NCBI GenBank assembly: GCA_964499305.1 | Contig: CAZCKR010000002.1 | Span: 5,054 to 41,611, forward strand | From: an uncultured Candidatus Bathyarchaeia archaeon | GTDB taxonomy: Archaea; Thermoproteota; Bathyarchaeia; TCS64 | Reading direction: 5' to 3' | Length of the DNA stretch: 36,558 bases | Shown: positions 33,453-36,558 of the stretch, piece after piece | Numbering within the stretch: position 1 is the stretch's first letter | Layout of the letters: each line of letters starts with the position of its first letter | Notes under the pieces: generated by a model | Database searches by the model: none | The model's input: only the letters and a program-made list of their open reading frames with translations | Told to the model about the DNA's origin: nothing | Translations under genes and position numbers: made by a program

Positions 33453-33837
33453 CTCAACCTTCCTGATATGCCTTCTCCGGAACGATCCTCTGACTCTCAG
33501 CAAGGCGGAGGAGCTGGACGGGGAGGGCGGCGCCGCGACCACCGTCGTCAACGTCTATGAGGCCTCGTATGGGGTGTACAGGGCGATGTCGGACCCGTCG
33601 AGGAGGATGGAAGCCTTCAAGCGTCTGGTCACGAATCTAGAGATCTTGGACCTCGACTACGAGGCTGCGATGAGGGCTGCCGAGATATCGGGGACGCTGG
33701 ACAGAGAAGGGAGAGGGATCGATCCCTTCGACTCGCTCATCGCGGGGATCACGCTCACCAGCGGCGCGGAGGCGCTGGTTACCAGGAACGCCTCACACTT
33801 CGTGAGGGTGCCGGGTCTAAAGGTCGAGGAGCACTGA
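33436..33837 (+). CDS. vapC: PIN-domain toxin (VapC)
   Basis: VVDSTFLI, YEASYG, DPFDSLIAGITL and LVTRNASHF are the conserved PIN acidic positions and layout. Confidence 0.85.
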   Translation: MLKVVDSTFLICLLRNDPLTLSKAEELDGEGGAATTVVNVYEASYGVYRAMSDPSRRMEAFKRLVTNLEILDLDYEAAMRAAEISGTLDREGRGIDPFDSLIAGITLTSGAEALVTRNASHFVRVPGLKVEEH

Positions 33838-33985
33838 GAGAAGGGCCCCGTCTTTAAAGTTCTCTATGTGGCTTACCGAGGCTCGGTTTTCCGTAGTTGT
33901 CAGCTATTTTCATTTTATTCTCTTCTCCGGGGTGTGTCTTGTGTGTTAATGGAGGTGGCGTTGGTGGATGGTGTGTACTTGCCTT

Positions 33986-34417
33986 CTACCCTAACACCTT
34001 AAGAAACTCTTCGGGGGTGAGCGAGGCGATGAAGAAGGAGGCTTTTTTAAACTTCTTGTCCTCGGTGATAACATGGCTGGCCCCTGAGATCACACCGGAA
34101 GCAGCGATGATGGCGTCTGGGAGCCTCATCCCGGTTTTAGCCCTTATCTTGCCGGCGAGCCCCGCCAACTCGATATCGACATCCACGATCGTGTACTCGC
34201 CTGTGGAGCGTAGGCGCAGGATGAAGTTCTTGAGCCCGGCCTCATCACCCGATGTGTGGTAGCCGACAGCGACCTCAGCGATGGTCACAGTTGAGATCAC
34301 GGCCATGGTTTTTCCCGTCTCAACCTGGTCGAGGATCTCAACCACGCTTTCATGCCCAGACTCCCGGTTGTACACCTTGAGTAGGACGTTTGTGTCGAGG
34401 ATTACTCTCGGTCCCAC
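33986..34417 (-). CDS. vapC: PIN-domain toxin (VapC)
   Basis: ILDTNVLL, TIAEV, LPDAIIAASG and VITEDKKF. Overlaps the upstream AbrB gene by 16 nt. Confidence 0.85.
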   Translation of the reverse strand: MGPRVILDTNVLLKVYNRESGHESVVEILDQVETGKTMAVISTVTIAEVAVGYHTSGDEAGLKNFILRLRSTGEYTIVDVDIELAGLAGKIRAKTGMRLPDAIIAASGVISGASHVITEDKKFKKASFFIASLTPEEFLKVLG

Positions 34418-34641
34418 TCTCTTCGTAGCCTCCTCTGGAAGGCTAGGCTTGACTCGCCGAGGGGCTTCGCCCTCATTAATATTTCGCTGAGCTTATCCTT
34501 CTGAACTTTCCTCAGCGTCACCGTGTCTCCATCAGCCTGGAAGATTACTTTATCGCCTTCAGACACGTCTAGAGCCTCCCGGATGTCCTTCGGTATTGTG
34601 ACTTGACCCTTTGATGTGACTGAGCTGACCCCTATCTCCAA
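34402..34641 (-). CDS. vapB: AbrB/SpoVT-type antitoxin (VapB)
   Basis: VTSKGQVTIPKDIREALDVSEGDKVIF is the canonical motif. TTG start about 30 nt downstream of CATATAAG. Confidence 0.85.
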   Translation of the reverse strand: MEIGVSSVTSKGQVTIPKDIREALDVSEGDKVIFQADGDTVTLRKVQKDKLSEILMRAKPLGESSLAFQRRLRREWDRE

Positions 34642-34976
34642 GACAAATCTCCGAGTAGACAGTTGACGTACTTACTTATATGCATTACATTTCATACTTG
34701 AAAATAAGGAAAGCAGGATCTTCGTGGAAATGGTCCGGCGGATTGGTGTTACAGAGTCGTGAGCGTGGGCGTAGCATAGTTTCTCGGGCACATGCATATT
34801 TTTTGGAGGCTTCGACTTTCCTCGGGATTCAAGTTCTAGCACGTGTAAAAGCGAGGTCTGATCGAGAGCCACCCCCGAATAGGGGTCTACCGTGTATCGA
34901 TCATCCTCTTATTTGCCGTCTTTACCCTCGGTCTCTTGCCTTAAATTGTCTAAAAGAAGCCTTTTATCAATATTTT

Positions 34977-35190
34977 ATGGTAGGTTCTGTTGTCTTGAAG
35001 GCGTTGGTCCTTGCCGGGGGTTTGGCTACCAGGTTGAGGCCTCTTAGCTTGGCCTAAGGTTCTTTTTCCGTTGGCTGACGTGCCTCTCATCGACTATGCG
35101 TTGAGTGGTCTCAGGGAATATGGTATTGACACGGTTATCATGGCTGTGAACTATCTTGCCGATATAATCGTCGATTATTTGGGTCATGCA
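34977..35190 (+). pseudogene. N-terminal fragment of a sugar-phosphate nucleotidyltransferase, frameshifted and truncated
   Basis: KALVLAGGLATRLRPLSLA (the GGxGTRL signature) runs into TAA at 35055. The +1 frame continues PKVLFPLADVPLIDYALSGLREYGIDTVIMAVNYLADIIVDYLG. Similarity is lost after that point. Confidence 0.6.
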
Positions 35191-35244
35191 TGCATTTCTT
35201 GGTTGAATAATAAGAGACAGGAGACTGGTGGGGAAGCTGATTAC

Positions 35245-35622
35245 TTATCTGAAGAGACCCGTGTTCTTGATCATTTCAACTAGGTAGGGGTGTAGATCGT
35301 CCTCCATGGTGTTGATCCATCTGTAGCCGCGGTGCTGTTCGTCTAGTTTCACTTTGTCGGAGTTTACTTCGACTTTAAAGTAGGTGGTCACGGTGTGTGC
35401 GGTGGGCCAAATGTGGGACATCGTTGATATCTGGGTGATGTTGGTTGGCTGTAGTCCTGTTTCCTCGGATAACACGCGTTTGACGGTGTCTTCAAGTTTC
35501 TCATCTTTGAAAATTCTTCCTCCGGGGGTGAACCAGAGATCTTTTCCGGGTTCGTTGTTTCTCAGCATTAATAGTAGGTTGCGCTTGTGGGTGACGAGGA
35601 GGTCTACGCAGGGTAGAGGCAT
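35245..35622 (-). CDS. Nudix hydrolase
   Basis: Nudix box GGRIFKDEKLEDTVKRVLSEETGL (Gx5Ex7REUxEExGU). 125 aa. Confidence 0.85.
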   Translation of the reverse strand: MPLPCVDLLVTHKRNLLLMLRNNEPGKDLWFTPGGRIFKDEKLEDTVKRVLSEETGLQPTNITQISTMSHIWPTAHTVTTYFKVEVNSDKVKLDEQHRGYRWINTMEDDLHPYLVEMIKNTGLFR

Positions 35623-35662
35623 AGATTTCTTTATCTTGTCGTTAGCTTGGGCTCTATCCTCG

Positions 35663-36044
35663 TCATATTACTACCTTTGACTGGTCGCCGATTATGAATC
35701 TCTTGCCTTTGGGGAGTTCGTTGTTTTTCGTGATCACTACGTTTCGTCCTATTACGCTGTCCGTTATCAGCTCGTCGCACTCTATTGATACGCCTTCCAT
35801 GACTATGCTGTTCTGGATCTCCGAGTTCTCTATCGTTGAGCCGTCTCCGATGCTCGTGTAGGGTCCGATGCATGTTTGTGGCCCGATGGTGCAGTTTTCA
35901 CCTATTATCGATGGTCCCTGTAGAACGGAGCCCTCCATTATGTGTGTGCCTTTTCCTATCCGGAGATTGTTGTTTACCCTTACATCTTTATCGATGGTAC
36001 CTTCGTTTTTGGGTACTAAGTCTCCGAGGATTAACTGGTTTCTC
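35663..36044 (-). pseudogene. 5'-truncated nucleotidyltransferase: left-handed beta-helix C-terminal domain only
   Basis: Hexapeptide-repeat sequence (IGENCTIGPQTCIGPYTSIGDGSTIENSEIQNSIVMEG...). The homologous frame stays open up to the TAG at about 36045-36047, with no start before the ATG at 35938. The nucleotidyltransferase domain is missing. Confidence 0.65.
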
Positions 36045-36131
36045 TAGAAGATGGGGAGTGTTGCCGGCCCTGGAGCAAGGGACTCTTCGCTTAGCATCTC
36101 CCTGCCCCGTGGCTTTCAGTCATTTTCATCT

Positions 36132-36558
36132 CTAACCCGAGACCGTGAATTCTATGGTCACCGGCGATCCTATCGACACTCCGCCGTGGGCGGGCCATGC
36201 GTCGAGGACCATCACCTTGGCCGTCCAAGTCCCAGCCGTATAGCCTGTAAGGGGTAGCACAAAGCCCAGGCCTGGTCCGAGGCTTTGTCCCGGAAGCAGC
36301 GTCATGCTTATGTAGCACGGAGCCAAGACGCGGTAGTCTGGATCCTTCAGCTGTACGACTATCAGCATCGACTGGCTTTCTGTTCCCACGTTGGAGACAT
36401 CCGCTGAGACTAGGACCGTCTCTCCCAACGCGAAGCTCGTCTTAGGAGCTCCGGTGGAGTCCAACGTCTCTTCCCCGCTTATCTCAGTAGGTAGTCCAGG
36501 CAGCACAACTGTGAAGGTCGTCGAGTCCGTAGCCCCGGCGATATTGGCATATACCGTG
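36132..36558 (-). CDS. C-terminal part of a secreted or surface beta-sandwich (CARDB/Ig-like) protein; 5' end outside the window
   Basis: The frame is open from the window edge (..TVYANIAGATDSTTFTVVLPGLPTE..) to the stop at 36132. Beta-rich sequence. Confidence 0.55.
   Translation of the reverse strand, partial: TVYANIAGATDSTTFTVVLPGLPTEISGEETLDSTGAPKTSFALGETVLVSADVSNVGTESQSMLIVVQLKDPDYRVLAPCYISMTLLPGQSLGPGLGFVLPLTGYTAGTWTAKVMVLDAWPAHGGVSIGSPVTIEFTVSG

Noticed and set aside
34672-34872. 66-aa minus ORF and the 125-aa + ORF 34680..35057 in the vapB-nucleotidyltransferase spacer
   Set aside because: Only the last ~27 codons of the + ORF (from the in-frame ATG at 34977; MVGSVV then KALVLAGGLATRLRPLSLA) look like real coding sequence, and they belong to the nucleotidyltransferase fragment. 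The rest has no coding features.

Overview
The window looks archaeal, probably Thermoproteota-like. That call is an inference from AbrB-PhoU and AbrB/PIN gene content, AT-rich TATA-like boxes about 25-40 nt upstream of starts, frequent GTG/TTG starts and tightly overlapping operons. It splits into two parts.

(1) Positions 1-23.8 kb are mostly housekeeping or envelope genes:
- a PhoU-type regulator, MobA and a Wzx-like flippase
- a zinc-ribbon, acidic-repeat, coiled-coil protein
- a five-gene minus-strand operon: giant double-core transglutaminase, polytopic membrane protein, MoxR AAA+ ATPase, DUF58 and a second membrane protein
- a translationally coupled pair of uncharacterised genes
- a GT2 glycosyltransferase interrupted by one in-frame TAG
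- a run of three peptide/amide hydrolases: M19 dipeptidase, beta-lactamase-fold serine hydrolase and a creatininase-fold enzyme
- a CapF-like SDR-cupin gene broken by a frameshift in a G-run
- a B3/B4-domain protein

(2) Positions 23.8-36 kb form a mosaic accessory island:
- five type II toxin-antitoxin pairs (four PIN pairs, three with AbrB-type and one with a VapB-type antitoxin, plus one RelE pair)
- DUF2283, RHH and wHTH genes
- an S9 peptidase and a Nudix hydrolase
- many decayed gene fragments from nucleotidyltransferase, Nudix, RHH and DUF2283 paralogs

The most unusual signals are non-coding:
- A roughly 330-bp structured module is present twice (23911-24245 and 27541-27864). It carries tandem hairpin plus T-run units, a compensatory stem substitution between copies and a recurring GTTAC core. 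The two copies bracket a 3.3-kb cargo of TA, regulator and orphan genes.
- A 45-nt promoter/operator-like motif is shared by the two disrupted glycosylation genes.
- A 76-nt stretch is identical between two otherwise diverged RHH genes, and one of them is frameshifted exactly at the identity boundary.

No rRNA, tRNA or CRISPR array was seen.
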